From NCBI RefSeq assembly GCF_049243625.1, contig NZ_CP046975.1: 32,000 nucleotides of DNA, one strand, 5' to 3'. A model generated the notes under the pieces. That model saw only the letters and a list, made by a program, of their open reading frames with translations. It searched no databases and had not been told where the DNA came from. Below are positions 16,124 through 25,719 of the stretch, piece after piece; the stretch's first letter is position 1; each line of letters opens with the position of its first letter. The stretch is from Corynebacterium amycolatum. Its GTDB lineage: Bacteria > Actinomycetota > Actinomycetes > Mycobacteriales > Mycobacteriaceae. A program made the translations under genes and the position numbers.

Positions 16124-17098
16124 TTAGTCGACGGTCATCACAACCTTGCCGTCAGCGTGTCCGTCTTCCAATACCCGGTGGACCTCCGCGACCTCGGTGA
16201 GATTTTTAGTCAGGCCGATAGGAAGCGAAATCTCACCGGCAACCACGCGGTCGGCCAGGTCTGCATAAATAGTCGTGTCATTCGAAATAGCCGGGATGTG
16301 TGCCTCAATGCCGCGTTCCTTCGCCGGTGTTAAATCGGCCAGCGAAGGCAGCGCCACAATCCGACCATCCGATGCCAACACATCCAGCGAGGGGAGGAAA
16401 GTATCGAAATACACGCCGTCAAGGACAACGTCCACGCCCTCGGGGAACTGCTGGCGCACAGCCTTGAATACATCTTCCGCTGTGTAATCAATGTGCTGCG
16501 CGCCAAAGCCCACTAGTTTTTCATGATGGCGTGACGACGCACTGGCCAACACAGTTGCGCCACGGGCGACCGCCAGCTGCGTCATCAGCTGGCCAACACC
16601 GCCACCGGCACCATGAATTAGTACGGTGTCACCGCTTTTTACCTTTGCAAGCTGCTCGACAGCCACGGTCGCCGTGATTCCCACTAGGGCAAGGCCCGCA
16701 GCGGTAACGTCGTCAAGCGAATCGGGCGTTCGGACCACACCGTCGGCGGGGAAGACGTTGTGCGTTGCGTAGGTGCCGCGGAAGTCGTCGAAGCTGCGCA
16801 TGCCGAAGACACGGTCGCCGGGGGCGAAGCTGTCCACACCTTCGCCGACGGCAACGACTTCGCCAGCGGCTTCACGTCCGAGCACCGCGGGAGGGGTGAA
16901 CTTTGCGCACAGGCCGGAAGATCCATCGCGCATCTTGTAGTCCAGCGGGTTTGCGCCGATGGCTGTGGTTTTGACCAGGATTTCACCGGGGCCGGGCTCT
17001 GCAGGCTCGATAGGTGTCCTGGTGAAAATGTCAGCGGGGCCGAACTCCGTAATGGTCATTGCGTATGCGTTGCCTGAATTTGCTGCCATGTCCATCAC
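16124..17098 (-). CDS. NADPH:quinone oxidoreductase-like, medium-chain (zinc-type) dehydrogenase/reductase family
   Basis: 324-aa ORF. Has a GroES-like N-terminal domain and Rossmann motif HGAGGGVGQ. Overall it resembles Qor/zeta-crystallin proteins. AGGA lies 8 nt upstream of the ATG. Confidence 0.85.
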   Translation of the reverse strand: MMDMAANSGNAYAMTITEFGPADIFTRTPIEPAEPGPGEILVKTTAIGANPLDYKMRDGSSGLCAKFTPPAVLGREAAGEVVAVGEGVDSFAPGDRVFGMRSFDDFRGTYATHNVFPADGVVRTPDSLDDVTAAGLALVGITATVAVEQLAKVKSGDTVLIHGAGGGVGQLMTQLAVARGATVLASASSRHHEKLVGFGAQHIDYTAEDVFKAVRQQFPEGVDVVLDGVYFDTFLPSLDVLASDGRIVALPSLADLTPAKERGIEAHIPAISNDTTIYADLADRVVAGEISLPIGLTKNLTEVAEVHRVLEDGHADGKVVMTVD

Positions 17099-17116
17099 TG
17101 TAGTCCTAGCTGCTAA

Positions 17117-17806
17117 TTATGAACGGGTGGCAGGTGGGAGGGCAGCGGTGACGGCGTCGAAGGACTCGTTGAGGTAGGCGCTGAGGAGGTCGGCGGCGTG
17201 GTGCGGGGTGTCTTCGATGAGAACCTTGGCGATACTGATGTGGCGATCGGCGTATCGGGCATGGAGTTCGATGCTTTGGGGGTAGGAGAGGAAGCAAAGA
17301 CGGAGTTGGGCCTGAATGGATTCGGCGGTTGCTAACAGGTCGGGAGACCCGGAAGCCCTGACGATGGCGAGGTGAAAGGCATTATTCCGTTCGGGAAGGT
17401 TCAATGATGACTGCGAACCACAAAGAGAAAGAATCTCTTTGCCGAGGAGCTTTGCTTGGCTCTTGCTTAGCGACCGCAGTGTTCCGCATTCGGCGACATG
17501 GCGAAAAGCATACAGTTCGCGGATGCGTTCTTTGTCGAAGGAGGCGATAAAAACGCCGTGATGAGGGATGTGAGTGAGTAGCCCCTCAGATTCCAGCTTC
17601 CGGTACGCCTGTCGGATGGTGTTGCGACTGACCTGTAGTCGCGCAGCAAGTTGGGTTTCACGGAGCTGCTCGCCGCTGTAGTGCTTTCCGGCGAGAATCT
17701 CTCGGCGCAGGACAGTTGCGGTGGCATCCGCTACTGAAACGTCATGTTGTTTTTCCCCAGAGGACGTGTGGGTCTGATCGTCGAGGATGTTTCCGGGGGT
17801 AGTCAT
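17117..17806 (-). CDS. GntR-family transcriptional regulator (FadR/FCD subfamily)
   Basis: Winged HTH (LRETQLAARLQVSRNTIRQAYRKLESEGLL) plus an all-helical C-terminal domain. Start placed at ATG 17806; starts at 17845, 17848 and 17851 are also possible. The stop lies 18 nt before the oxidoreductase gene. Confidence 0.8.
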   Translation of the reverse strand: MTTPGNILDDQTHTSSGEKQHDVSVADATATVLRREILAGKHYSGEQLRETQLAARLQVSRNTIRQAYRKLESEGLLTHIPHHGVFIASFDKERIRELYAFRHVAECGTLRSLSKSQAKLLGKEILSLCGSQSSLNLPERNNAFHLAIVRASGSPDLLATAESIQAQLRLCFLSYPQSIELHARYADRHISIAKVLIEDTPHHAADLLSAYLNESFDAVTAALPPATRS

Positions 17807-17865
17807 GTAATACAGACTACTAAAGCACTTTTGTGTGGCGGCCATCACCAATTAACATACGAGAC

Positions 17866-17878
17866 ATTGTTCAACAAT
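17866..17878. promoter_or_regulatory. Candidate GntR operator: perfect 6-1-6 palindrome ATTGTTCAACAAT
   Basis: Read from the sequence. Matches the FadR-subfamily core t.GT...AC.a. Lies in the divergent region between the GntR gene and the NRAMP-like/pxp unit. Confidence 0.5.
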
Positions 17879-17954
17879 CTCGGTGCAGACGATCTTCAAC
17901 GTAGGAATCCTTCAACGTGGGGATTGTCAGATTTGTAGGGAAAGGCCTTACGCT

Positions 17955-19166
17955 ATGGACGCTTCAACATCTGCCCACAAGGCGCGTCGAACGGCACTCC
18001 TCGGCGCTGTATTCCTGATGGCGACCAGTGCTATCGGGCCAGGCTTCCTCACCCAGACCGCAACCTTTACGGCCAAGCTTGGCGCGGCTTTCGCCTTTGC
18101 CATTTTGGTCTCGGTGCTTCTTGATATCGCGATTCAGCTCAACGTGTGGCGAGTAATCGCCGTCTCTGGACGCCGCGCACAGGAGCTCGGCAACGCCGTG
18201 ATTCCGGGGTTGGGCTGGCTTATGTCAATTCTCATTGTCATCGGTGGTGTGGTCTTCAATATTGGCAACGTCGGCGGAGCTGGACTTGGCGCGAACGCGA
18301 TGTTGGGCGTGGACGCAAAGATTGGCGGCATTGTTACTGCAATCCTCGCCATTGGCTTCTTTCTCTCCCGACGGGCGGGTATGGCGCTGGACAAGGCACT
18401 CGTCGTGCTTGGTGTAGTGATGATTCTGGTCACTGCAATTGTGGCGTTCAGTTCTAACCCACCAGTAGGAGAAGCACTGAAGAACACGGTCATGCCCGAC
18501 ACGATTGACTTGCTGGCAATCATCACGCTGGTCGGTGGCACTGTAGGCGGTTACATTACTTACGCTGGCGCTCACCGCATGCTTGACGCTGGCGCCAGCG
18601 GTGTGGAGCACCTCGCGCAGACCACTCGCTCATCTGTTACGAGCATCATTGTCACGGCTATCATGCGTTTCCTACTTTTCCTAGCTGTCTTGGGAGTGGT
18701 CGCGGGTGGCGTGGTCCTCAATACGGATGGAAACCCCGCTGCAGAGGCATTCCAAGCTGCGGCAGGCGATTGGGGTATGCGATTCTTTGGCGTTGTCCTG
18801 TGGGCTGCGGGAATCTCGTCGATTGTGGGTGCCAGCTACACCTCGGCAACGTTTCTGACTCGTTCCTCGGGTGCTGGTGCCAAGACTCAAAACACGATCA
18901 CCATTGTCCTAATTGCAATTTCCACGCTGCTCTTCGGTGTCATCGGTACGGCTCCAGCGACGCTGTTGGTTTTCGCCGGAGCCTTCAACGGTTTGGTTCT
19001 ACCAATTGGTGTTACTGTGCTGATTTACATCGCGCTGTTCCGTGCGGACCTCATGAATGGCTACAAGTACCCGAAGTGGTTAGCGGCTATCGGAATCGTG
19101 GGTGTCGCAGTCGCTTGGTTCTTGGCGTGGCGCTCGTTCGGCGGCGTGTTTGAAATGCTCGGCTAA
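17955..19166 (+). CDS. NRAMP-family-like membrane transporter (YcsG-type, associated with pxp genes)
   Basis: Start moved to ATG 17955 (MDASTSAHK...), with GGGAAAGG upstream. About 11 TM segments, with the N-terminal ATSAIGPGFL motif typical of NRAMP-like proteins. Sits directly upstream of pxpA, as in B. subtilis ycsF-ycsG-kipIA. Confidence 0.8.
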   Translation: MDASTSAHKARRTALLGAVFLMATSAIGPGFLTQTATFTAKLGAAFAFAILVSVLLDIAIQLNVWRVIAVSGRRAQELGNAVIPGLGWLMSILIVIGGVVFNIGNVGGAGLGANAMLGVDAKIGGIVTAILAIGFFLSRRAGMALDKALVVLGVVMILVTAIVAFSSNPPVGEALKNTVMPDTIDLLAIITLVGGTVGGYITYAGAHRMLDAGASGVEHLAQTTRSSVTSIIVTAIMRFLLFLAVLGVVAGGVVLNTDGNPAAEAFQAAAGDWGMRFFGVVLWAAGISSIVGASYTSATFLTRSSGAGAKTQNTITIVLIAISTLLFGVIGTAPATLLVFAGAFNGLVLPIGVTVLIYIALFRADLMNGYKYPKWLAAIGIVGVAVAWFLAWRSFGGVFEMLG

Positions 19167-19255
19167 TCGGCCGGTTTTTCGTACAGCTCAGATGAGGACC
19201 AACATATCAACGGTACAAAGACCAGCATTACTACCTGGAAGGGGCGGCGACGTTT

Positions 19256-20029
19256 ATGGGCGCCATTATCGATCTCAACTCTGATCTCGGGGAAGCTTTC
19301 GGCTCATGGAAGATGGGGGATGACATCGCTCTACTGGACATTGTGACCAGTGCGAATGTTGCTTGCGGGTATCACGCGGGTGACGCTAGCGTCATGATGG
19401 AGACCTGTGAGGCAGCTGCCGCGCGCGGAATTCGCATCGGCGCACACGTCGCCTACCGCGATCTCGCCGGATTCGGACGACGTCGCATGGACTACTCACA
19501 TCGAGAATTGCGAGCCGAAACTGTATACCAGATTGGTGCCCTATCGGCATGTGCACGGGCGGTGGGTACCGAAGTTTCCTACGTCAAACCCCACGGTGCC
19601 CTCTATAACCGCATCGCAGTGGACGAAAATCAGGCCACTGCAGTGGTGGAGGCGCTCCTGCTCGCTCGCTCCACCTGCGGAGATGGGCTTGCCATTATGG
19701 CGCAGCCGGGGTCGGTCATCGAACGGCTCAGCCTCGATGCGGACCTCCCTGTGATTCGGGAAGCTTTTGCTGACCGCGCATACAACTCCGACGGAACGCT
19801 AGTTTCCCGAGCGCTCGCGGGCTCGGTCATTGCAGACCCCGATGCCGCCGTCAAACGTGTCATTGCAATGGCCAGTGGGGAACCAATCGCCGCTTACGAC
19901 GGTTCACTGTTGACCGTGCAGGCTAACTCTATTTGTTTGCACGGAGACACCCCTGGCGCGGTCGAACTGTCCCGTAGGATTCGCCAAGGTCTCGTCGACG
20001 CGGGAGTTACCGTCGCTGCCCACGTATAG
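19256..20029 (+). CDS. pxpA: 5-oxoprolinase subunit A (LamB/YcsF family)
   Basis: 257-aa ORF. The N-terminus IDLNSDLGE.FG.W.MGDD and the CG.HAGD motif are characteristic of the LamB/YcsF family. Confidence 0.9.
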   Translation: MGAIIDLNSDLGEAFGSWKMGDDIALLDIVTSANVACGYHAGDASVMMETCEAAAARGIRIGAHVAYRDLAGFGRRRMDYSHRELRAETVYQIGALSACARAVGTEVSYVKPHGALYNRIAVDENQATAVVEALLLARSTCGDGLAIMAQPGSVIERLSLDADLPVIREAFADRAYNSDGTLVSRALAGSVIADPDAAVKRVIAMASGEPIAAYDGSLLTVQANSICLHGDTPGAVELSRRIRQGLVDAGVTVAAHV

Positions 20030-20100
20030 CGCGGACTCGTACACCGGTCTTATCGACCGCAGTTTTTCAACCTCGCAAGAAAGAAAGGATCAGCACCGCC

Positions 20101-20754
20101 ATGGCCGAGATTCGCCCTATGGGAACAAATGCGCTGCTTATCGACTATTCATCATCGGCCAATCCGTTGGCGAAGGTACTTCGTGCACACTCTGCGGCGG
20201 CTGAGATCGAGGGACTCGTTGACAGGGTACCCGCAGCCCAAACGCTCCTACTTCGCTTTCGCGGGCCGGCTCGTCGATACCTCAGCGCAGTCGAAACCGC
20301 GCTGCAGGGCAACAATACGCAGAGGCACACCGTCGACAAGCGAAAGACAGTGACGATTCCCGTTCACTATGACGGCGCGGACCTTGAATCCTTGGCACAA
20401 AGCCTTGGGATGAGCCCCCAAGCGTTAATTGATTGGCACTGCGAGCGCCCTTGGACGGCCGCGTTCGGTGGATTTGCGCCGGGCTTTTATTACATGGTGC
20501 GGGGGAGCGGTCAGGGATGGCCAGAGCCGCTTGATATTCCCCGCCTTGCGACGCCGCGCACCCGAGTTCCCAAGGGCTCTGTCGGACTTGCAGGCCAATT
20601 CGCAGGTGTGTATCCCATCGATTCGCCCGGTGGCTGGCAACTCTTGGGGCATACAGATGTGGAGATGTGGGACTTAAATCGGCTCAATCCGGCGCTGCTT
20701 GAGCCCGGGGCTGAGGTTCAATTTGAGGCGACTTCTACGGCGAGTGCGGCGTAG
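20101..20754 (+). CDS. pxpB: 5-oxoprolinase subunit B (KipI / allophanate hydrolase subunit 1 family)
   Basis: 217-aa ORF with AAAGGA RBS. Contains a GFAPGF.Y segment and ...G.YP..SPGGWQL.G, typical of the KipI family. Located between pxpA and pxpC. Confidence 0.85.
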   Translation: MAEIRPMGTNALLIDYSSSANPLAKVLRAHSAAAEIEGLVDRVPAAQTLLLRFRGPARRYLSAVETALQGNNTQRHTVDKRKTVTIPVHYDGADLESLAQSLGMSPQALIDWHCERPWTAAFGGFAPGFYYMVRGSGQGWPEPLDIPRLATPRTRVPKGSVGLAGQFAGVYPIDSPGGWQLLGHTDVEMWDLNRLNPALLEPGAEVQFEATSTASAA

Positions 20755-20772
20755 AAAAAGGGTGCGGAAGAG

Positions 20773-21657
20773 ATGAAGAATTCTATCGAGATTATTCGAC
20801 CCGGTATTTTGACGACTATTCAGGATTGGGGCCGTGCTGGGCAAGGGAGCTTGGGGGTGAGTACCTCCGGTGCGTTCGACCGCGAGTCCGCGGCAGCTGC
20901 TAACCGGATGGTTGTCAACGAAGAAAACCTCGCTGTGCTCGAATGCGTCGTCGGCGGGTTGGAGTTCCAAGTAGCGGAGGGGGCAATTATCTCCTTTGCA
21001 GGAGCCCACGGTGAGGTGACCGTCGAGCAGGATGGCAAGGTCATCAAAACCTCGATGAATAGCCGAATTGTGGTCGGGGCGAAGGCGATTGTGAGGCTTG
21101 GTACCTTCGATGCGGGTCTTCGTGGATACGTCGCGATTCGAGGGGGCATCGATGTCGCGGAAGTGTTGGGGTCGCGGTCATACGATACGCTTGGCAAGCT
21201 CGGTCCAGCGCCTTTGCAGGCTGGTCAGGTCTTGCCAGTCGGCGACCCGGAGTATTCGACGGGTTCGTCAATCGCAATTTATCCCGCTCCTCATTGGTCG
21301 AGCGAGGCTGCCCGTCTTGATGTTGTTCCTGGGCCTCGGGCGGACTGGTTTACGTCGGAAAGTGTCAGTGATTTCTTTCACGAGACATGGACCGTGACGC
21401 AAGAGGCCAACCGCGTCGGACTTCGGCTGAGTGGGACTACTCTTGAGCGCCAGGTCACCCATGAGTTGGCCAGCGAGGGAATGGTTCCCGGTGCGATACA
21501 AGTGCCCGCATCGGGGCAGCCGATTATTTTCGGTCCTGATCATCCGGCGACGGGTGGATATCCGGTCATTGGTGTGCTGACGGAGCCGTCATTGTCGAGA
21601 GCTGGGCAATTGGTGCCCGGCGCGAAGGTAAAATTCCGCCGGGTGCGGGCGGCATAG
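20773..21657 (+). CDS. pxpC: 5-oxoprolinase subunit C (KipA / allophanate hydrolase subunit 2 family)
   Basis: 294-aa ORF. Contains TIQD.GR.G....GV..SGA.D near the N-terminus and GGYP.IG near the C-terminus. Confidence 0.85.
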   Translation: MKNSIEIIRPGILTTIQDWGRAGQGSLGVSTSGAFDRESAAAANRMVVNEENLAVLECVVGGLEFQVAEGAIISFAGAHGEVTVEQDGKVIKTSMNSRIVVGAKAIVRLGTFDAGLRGYVAIRGGIDVAEVLGSRSYDTLGKLGPAPLQAGQVLPVGDPEYSTGSSIAIYPAPHWSSEAARLDVVPGPRADWFTSESVSDFFHETWTVTQEANRVGLRLSGTTLERQVTHELASEGMVPGAIQVPASGQPIIFGPDHPATGGYPVIGVLTEPSLSRAGQLVPGAKVKFRRVRAA

Positions 21658-21744
21658 GTCTGCGGCGTCATCCTGCGCGATGGTGCGCCACAAAGTCTGC
21701 CAGCTGTCAGAGTCGCACAGCACTTCGCAGTAAAATCAGCCACC

Positions 21745-22212
21745 ATGATTGAGAGAGCTTCTTTTTCCGACCTCAGTGCGACCGATGCGTATGCCATCTC
21801 GGCGCTGCGTACCGACGTGTTCTATCTTGAGCAGTCCTGTGAGGAGCCGGAAATGGATTGGCGCGACCTGGAAGATACCGCAGAGCACTATTTCATCCGC
21901 GACGACAACGACTCCCGCAAGATTATCGCGTACTTGCGTGTAATTGACACGCTCGATGAGTACTCGTCGAGCTACCCGCGCACCATCGGCCGAGTTGTCG
22001 TCGATGCTGCGAGCCGGGGTAGGGGGTTGTCCTCGAAACTGCTGCAGCAGGTCATCGCTGACCACCCGGATACGGGGCTGATTCTTCATGCCCAGACGCA
22101 GGCGAAGGCTGTGTACGCAAAAGCCGGCTTCCATGAGGTCGGGGAGACCTTCATGGAAGCCGGCATTGAGCACATCACCATGGTTCGTGATGCAGCCCGT
22201 GGCGAAGCCTAG
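21745..22212 (+). CDS. GNAT-family N-acetyltransferase (ElaA-like)
   Basis: 155-aa ORF. Has the acetyl-CoA site R.RG.G ('SRGRGLSSKLL') and the ElaA-like N-terminus (LR..VF..EQ.C...E.D..D). Confidence 0.8.
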   Translation: MIERASFSDLSATDAYAISALRTDVFYLEQSCEEPEMDWRDLEDTAEHYFIRDDNDSRKIIAYLRVIDTLDEYSSSYPRTIGRVVVDAASRGRGLSSKLLQQVIADHPDTGLILHAQTQAKAVYAKAGFHEVGETFMEAGIEHITMVRDAARGEA

Positions 22213-22260
22213 GAACTAATCGCCTAGGCTCCGGTTTGTACGGCGTTGCTTACTTCGGGT

Positions 22261-23736
22261 TTAAGCGGTGACCTTCGAATCCGCCAGGATGCGATTCAGG
22301 GAGTCGATGCTCGCCTTCGCATCGCCGATAAGCATGTCGGTGTTTTCGTTGAAGAACAGCGGGTTCTGCACGCCCGAGTAGCCCGAACCCATCGACCGCT
22401 TGAGAACAATCACGCGCTCAGATTCCCACACCTTCAGTACCGGCATACCCGCAATCGGGGAGCCCGGCTGCTCTGCCATCGGGTTGACGGTGTCATTTGC
22501 ACCGATGACCAGGGTGACATCCACATCAGCGAAGTCATCGTTGACCTCGTCCAGCTCCAGCACGATGTCGTAGGGAACCTTGGCCTCTGCCAACAGCACG
22601 TTCATGTGACCCGGCAGGCGGCCAGCGACTGGGTGGATACCGAAGACCACTTCCTTACCGTCGGCACGCAAATTGCGTACCAGATCGGCGACGGCGTACT
22701 GAGCCTGTGCCACAGCCATACCGTAGCCCGGAGCAATGAGAATCTTGTCCGCGTTGCGCAGGATTTCTGCAGTGTCCTCGTGGTTGACCTCAGTGTGGGA
22801 GCCTTCCACAGCGCTTGCCGACGAAGCCTCGGAGCCAAAGCCACCCAGAATAACGTTTGCAAAGGAGCGGTTCATGGCCTCACACATGATGTACGACAGG
22901 TAGGCGCCGGAGGAACCAACCAGCGCACCGGTGATGATGAGCAGCGGGTTGCCAAGCATGAGGCCGGTGAAAGCAGCGGCCCAACCGGAGTACGAGTTCA
23001 TGATGGACACGACAACCGGCATGTCGCCGCCACCGATGGCGATGACCAAGTGCCAGCCCAAAAACAGGCCCAAAGCAGTCACAGCAACCATGCATGCCCA
23101 TGCGATGGCGCCGCCCTCGGTGCCGGTTGCGATGAAGACAGCCAGGAGAACCAGAGTGACCACCAGAATGGCAATGTTCAGAGCATTGCGGCCCGGCAGT
23201 AGCAGCGGCGAGCCCTTGATCTTCTCAGACAGCTTCAGGCCAGCGACGATGGAACCAGTGAAGGTCACAGCGCCGATGAAGACGCCAATGTAGACCTCGC
23301 CGAAGTGGAACTTCAGGGCATCGGTGTCAACATCTTCGGCGAAGATGTACGAGTTGAAGCCGATGAAGATAGCGCCGAGTCCAACCAGACCGTTGAACAG
23401 TGCAATCAGCTGCGGCATACCAGTCATGGCAACGCTGCGTGCGCGGGTGATACCGATGACACCACCGATGCCGATAGCGACAGCGATGAGAATCAGGGTA
23501 ATCAGCGGGGAGAAGTGAGTATCCGGCTTGGTGTCAGCGGTGACGAGTGCCTGAAAGATGGCAATGACAACGGCGACAGCCATGCCGGCAATACCGAAGG
23601 CGTTTCCGCGGCGAGCGGTCTCCGGCTTAGACAGGCCCGAGAGGGCAGAGAGGAACAGGACAGCGGCGACAATGTAGCCGACGTTGGACAGGCGGTAGGT
23701 CCAGTCCAGAAGCGAAGCAGTATCAATGCTAGCCAT
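22261..23736 (-). CDS. pntB: NAD(P) transhydrogenase subunit beta
   Basis: 491-aa ORF with an N-terminal TM domain plus the C-terminal NADP(H)-binding domain III ([35 protein letters not shown]). The match to PntB is very clear. GAGGAGG RBS is present. Confidence 0.95.
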   Translation of the reverse strand: MASIDTASLLDWTYRLSNVGYIVAAVLFLSALSGLSKPETARRGNAFGIAGMAVAVVIAIFQALVTADTKPDTHFSPLITLILIAVAIGIGGVIGITRARSVAMTGMPQLIALFNGLVGLGAIFIGFNSYIFAEDVDTDALKFHFGEVYIGVFIGAVTFTGSIVAGLKLSEKIKGSPLLLPGRNALNIAILVVTLVLLAVFIATGTEGGAIAWACMVAVTALGLFLGWHLVIAIGGGDMPVVVSIMNSYSGWAAAFTGLMLGNPLLIITGALVGSSGAYLSYIMCEAMNRSFANVILGGFGSEASSASAVEGSHTEVNHEDTAEILRNADKILIAPGYGMAVAQAQYAVADLVRNLRADGKEVVFGIHPVAGRLPGHMNVLLAEAKVPYDIVLELDEVNDDFADVDVTLVIGANDTVNPMAEQPGSPIAGMPVLKVWESERVIVLKRSMGSGYSGVQNPLFFNENTDMLIGDAKASIDSLNRILADSKVTA

Positions 23737-23742
23737 TAGACT

Positions 23743-25332
23743 TTATGCCTCCTCTTTCACGAACATGCCAAGCATGCGGTCGGTGACGGCGAAACCGCCG
23801 AAGATATTGATGGAGCTGACCACGATGGCCGCGAACGCGAGACCGGAAACCAGCAGGTTGGAGCTTCCCACCTGGAGAATCGCACCCACCAGAACAATGC
23901 CGGAAATCGCGTTGGTCTCAGACATCAGCGGTGTGTGCAGGCGTGGCGTAACCGCGGAGATCACGTAGAAGCCAAGCACGATAGCCAAGGTGAGAACCAT
24001 GAAGTTGGCGCTCACGCTGTGCGGCGCGCTGAGCATAACCACAATTGCCAGCAGTGCCGTCAGACCCAGAGCAATCTTCGAGCCCAGGCCCGATCCCATG
24101 AAAGAAACCTTCTCCGGCGCATTCTCTTCTAATGCAGCCTGCTGAGCCTGCTGTTCCTGCAGCGGGGCAGCAGGGGTGACAGCGACCTTGATTGGCGGTG
24201 GTGGCCAGAGAATCTCAGCTCCGGTAGCGCCGGCACCATTCTGTGGGCGAGCCTTTGTCACCGTGATGCCACGGATAATCTCGTCCTCGAGATTGAGAAC
24301 TGGAGAGCCATCCTTTTCTGGCGTAATCAGCTTGAACAGGTTGAAAATGTTCTGGCCGTACAGCGACGATGCCTGTGCGGGCAGACGTCCTGCAAGGTCG
24401 GTGTAACCGATGATGGTCACCCCGTTGTCAGTGACAATAGTCTTGCCTGGAACGGTCACCTCGCAGTTACCGCCACCGGCGGCAGCCATGTCGACGATGA
24501 CGCTGCCTGGCTTCATAGCTGCAACATCGGCAGCAGTCAGCAGCAGCGGAGAGCGGCGGCCCGGGATATTCGCGGTGGTGATGACAATGTCAGCTTGCGC
24601 GGACTGCTCGGAGTAGAGCTTCGCGGCAGCGGCAGCCTGATCATTGGTCATTTCCTTGGCATAGCCATCTTCGGACTTCTCAGTGGCAGCCGGAATCGGG
24701 ATGAACTCTGCACCCATCGATTCGACCTGTTCACCGGCTTCAGGGCGCAGGTCTGTTGCCTTGACAATCGCGCCCATAGAGTTGGCGGTACCGATTGCGG
24801 CAAGTCCGCCGACACCAGCGCCGATGACGTAAACGGTAGCTGGTGGCATCTTGCCTGCGGCAGTCACCTGACCAGTGAAAAGGCGACCATATGCAGAAGC
24901 CGCTTCGACTACTGCGCGGTAGCCGCCGATGTTGGCCATCGACGACAGCACGTCCATCGACTGTGCCCGGGAAATGCGGGGAACTGCATCCATAGCAAGG
25001 GCAGTGATGTTGCAGTGCGCGAGCTCTTCGACCAGCTCTTCGTTACGGCCTGGTGCAAGTCGGCTAATCAGCATGGCACCGTCGTTAAGCAGTGCACGGA
25101 ACTGCTCCGGCGGAGTGTCGAGCGTTACGACGATATCGCTGTGCCAGACAGACTCGTCGACAATGGTGGCACCGGCGGATTCGTAGTCCGCGTTGGTGAA
25201 CTTTGCAGCCAGGCCGGCGTCAGCCTGCACGGCGACCTCGTAGCCAAGCTTGACGAGTTTGCCGACGGTTTCCGGGGTCGCAGCCACAATTGTTTGCTGG
25301 GGATCGGGTTCTAAAGGGATGCCGATTCTCAT
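23743..25332 (-). CDS. pntA: NAD(P) transhydrogenase subunit alpha (fused dI plus 4-TM domain)
   Basis: Start moved to ATG 25332 (MRIGIPLEP...), the canonical PntA N-terminus; the track ORF extends 67 codons upstream. Has Rossmann motif VIGAGVGGLAA and C-terminal TM helices. Product is 529 aa. Confidence 0.9.
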   Translation of the reverse strand: MRIGIPLEPDPQQTIVAATPETVGKLVKLGYEVAVQADAGLAAKFTNADYESAGATIVDESVWHSDIVVTLDTPPEQFRALLNDGAMLISRLAPGRNEELVEELAHCNITALAMDAVPRISRAQSMDVLSSMANIGGYRAVVEAASAYGRLFTGQVTAAGKMPPATVYVIGAGVGGLAAIGTANSMGAIVKATDLRPEAGEQVESMGAEFIPIPAATEKSEDGYAKEMTNDQAAAAAKLYSEQSAQADIVITTANIPGRRSPLLLTAADVAAMKPGSVIVDMAAAGGGNCEVTVPGKTIVTDNGVTIIGYTDLAGRLPAQASSLYGQNIFNLFKLITPEKDGSPVLNLEDEIIRGITVTKARPQNGAGATGAEILWPPPPIKVAVTPAAPLQEQQAQQAALEENAPEKVSFMGSGLGSKIALGLTALLAIVVMLSAPHSVSANFMVLTLAIVLGFYVISAVTPRLHTPLMSETNAISGIVLVGAILQVGSSNLLVSGLAFAAIVVSSINIFGGFAVTDRMLGMFVKEEA

Positions 25333-25719
25333 TGTGGGAGTTCTTTTCTGTTCGGGGGTTTTATTAAGGGCCATGCGCACTCGGTTGTCGGTTAACAGTG
25401 AGTGTGGGCGTGGCCGCTTTCTCCTTGGTGCCAATAAGGTATGCGCTGGTGGGGAGGCAGCGGAGGCGTTTGTGGAAAAAGGTAATAAAAATATGTGGGT
25501 AACGGTGGTGAGGTGGGTTTTCTGAATTTGCACACTCTTGCAAAGGGGGTAGGAAATGGGGGTGAGGGTGTTAATTTTGAGCGAGAGTGAACATTTGTAG
25601 CGGCCTGAATGATTGTTTGAGGGGTGAAGTATGGGGGAGGATATTTCTGTCTTTACGTACGTCGTTACGCATTAGGTAGATTTGTATTCCAAGGTTTTTG
25701 GCAAGAGTTAAGGAAAACG

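Noticed and set aside
22246-23202. 318-aa plus-strand ORF
   Set aside because: It is antisense to pntB, whose identity is unambiguous. Its composition (many H, Q, D, R, V) and lack of motifs indicate a shadow ORF.
25333-25533. 67-codon N-terminal extension of the pntA ORF
   Set aside because: The canonical PntA N-terminus MRIGIP starts at 25332. The extension is low-complexity (RRKRPRPH...) and falls in the AT-richer spacer.
25515-25637. Cluster of G-runs (GGG to GGGGG) on the plus strand as a possible G-quadruplex
   Set aside because: Only three runs are within short loop distance (25545-25568). The fourth is 27 nt upstream or 52 nt downstream, so the canonical four-tract requirement is not met.
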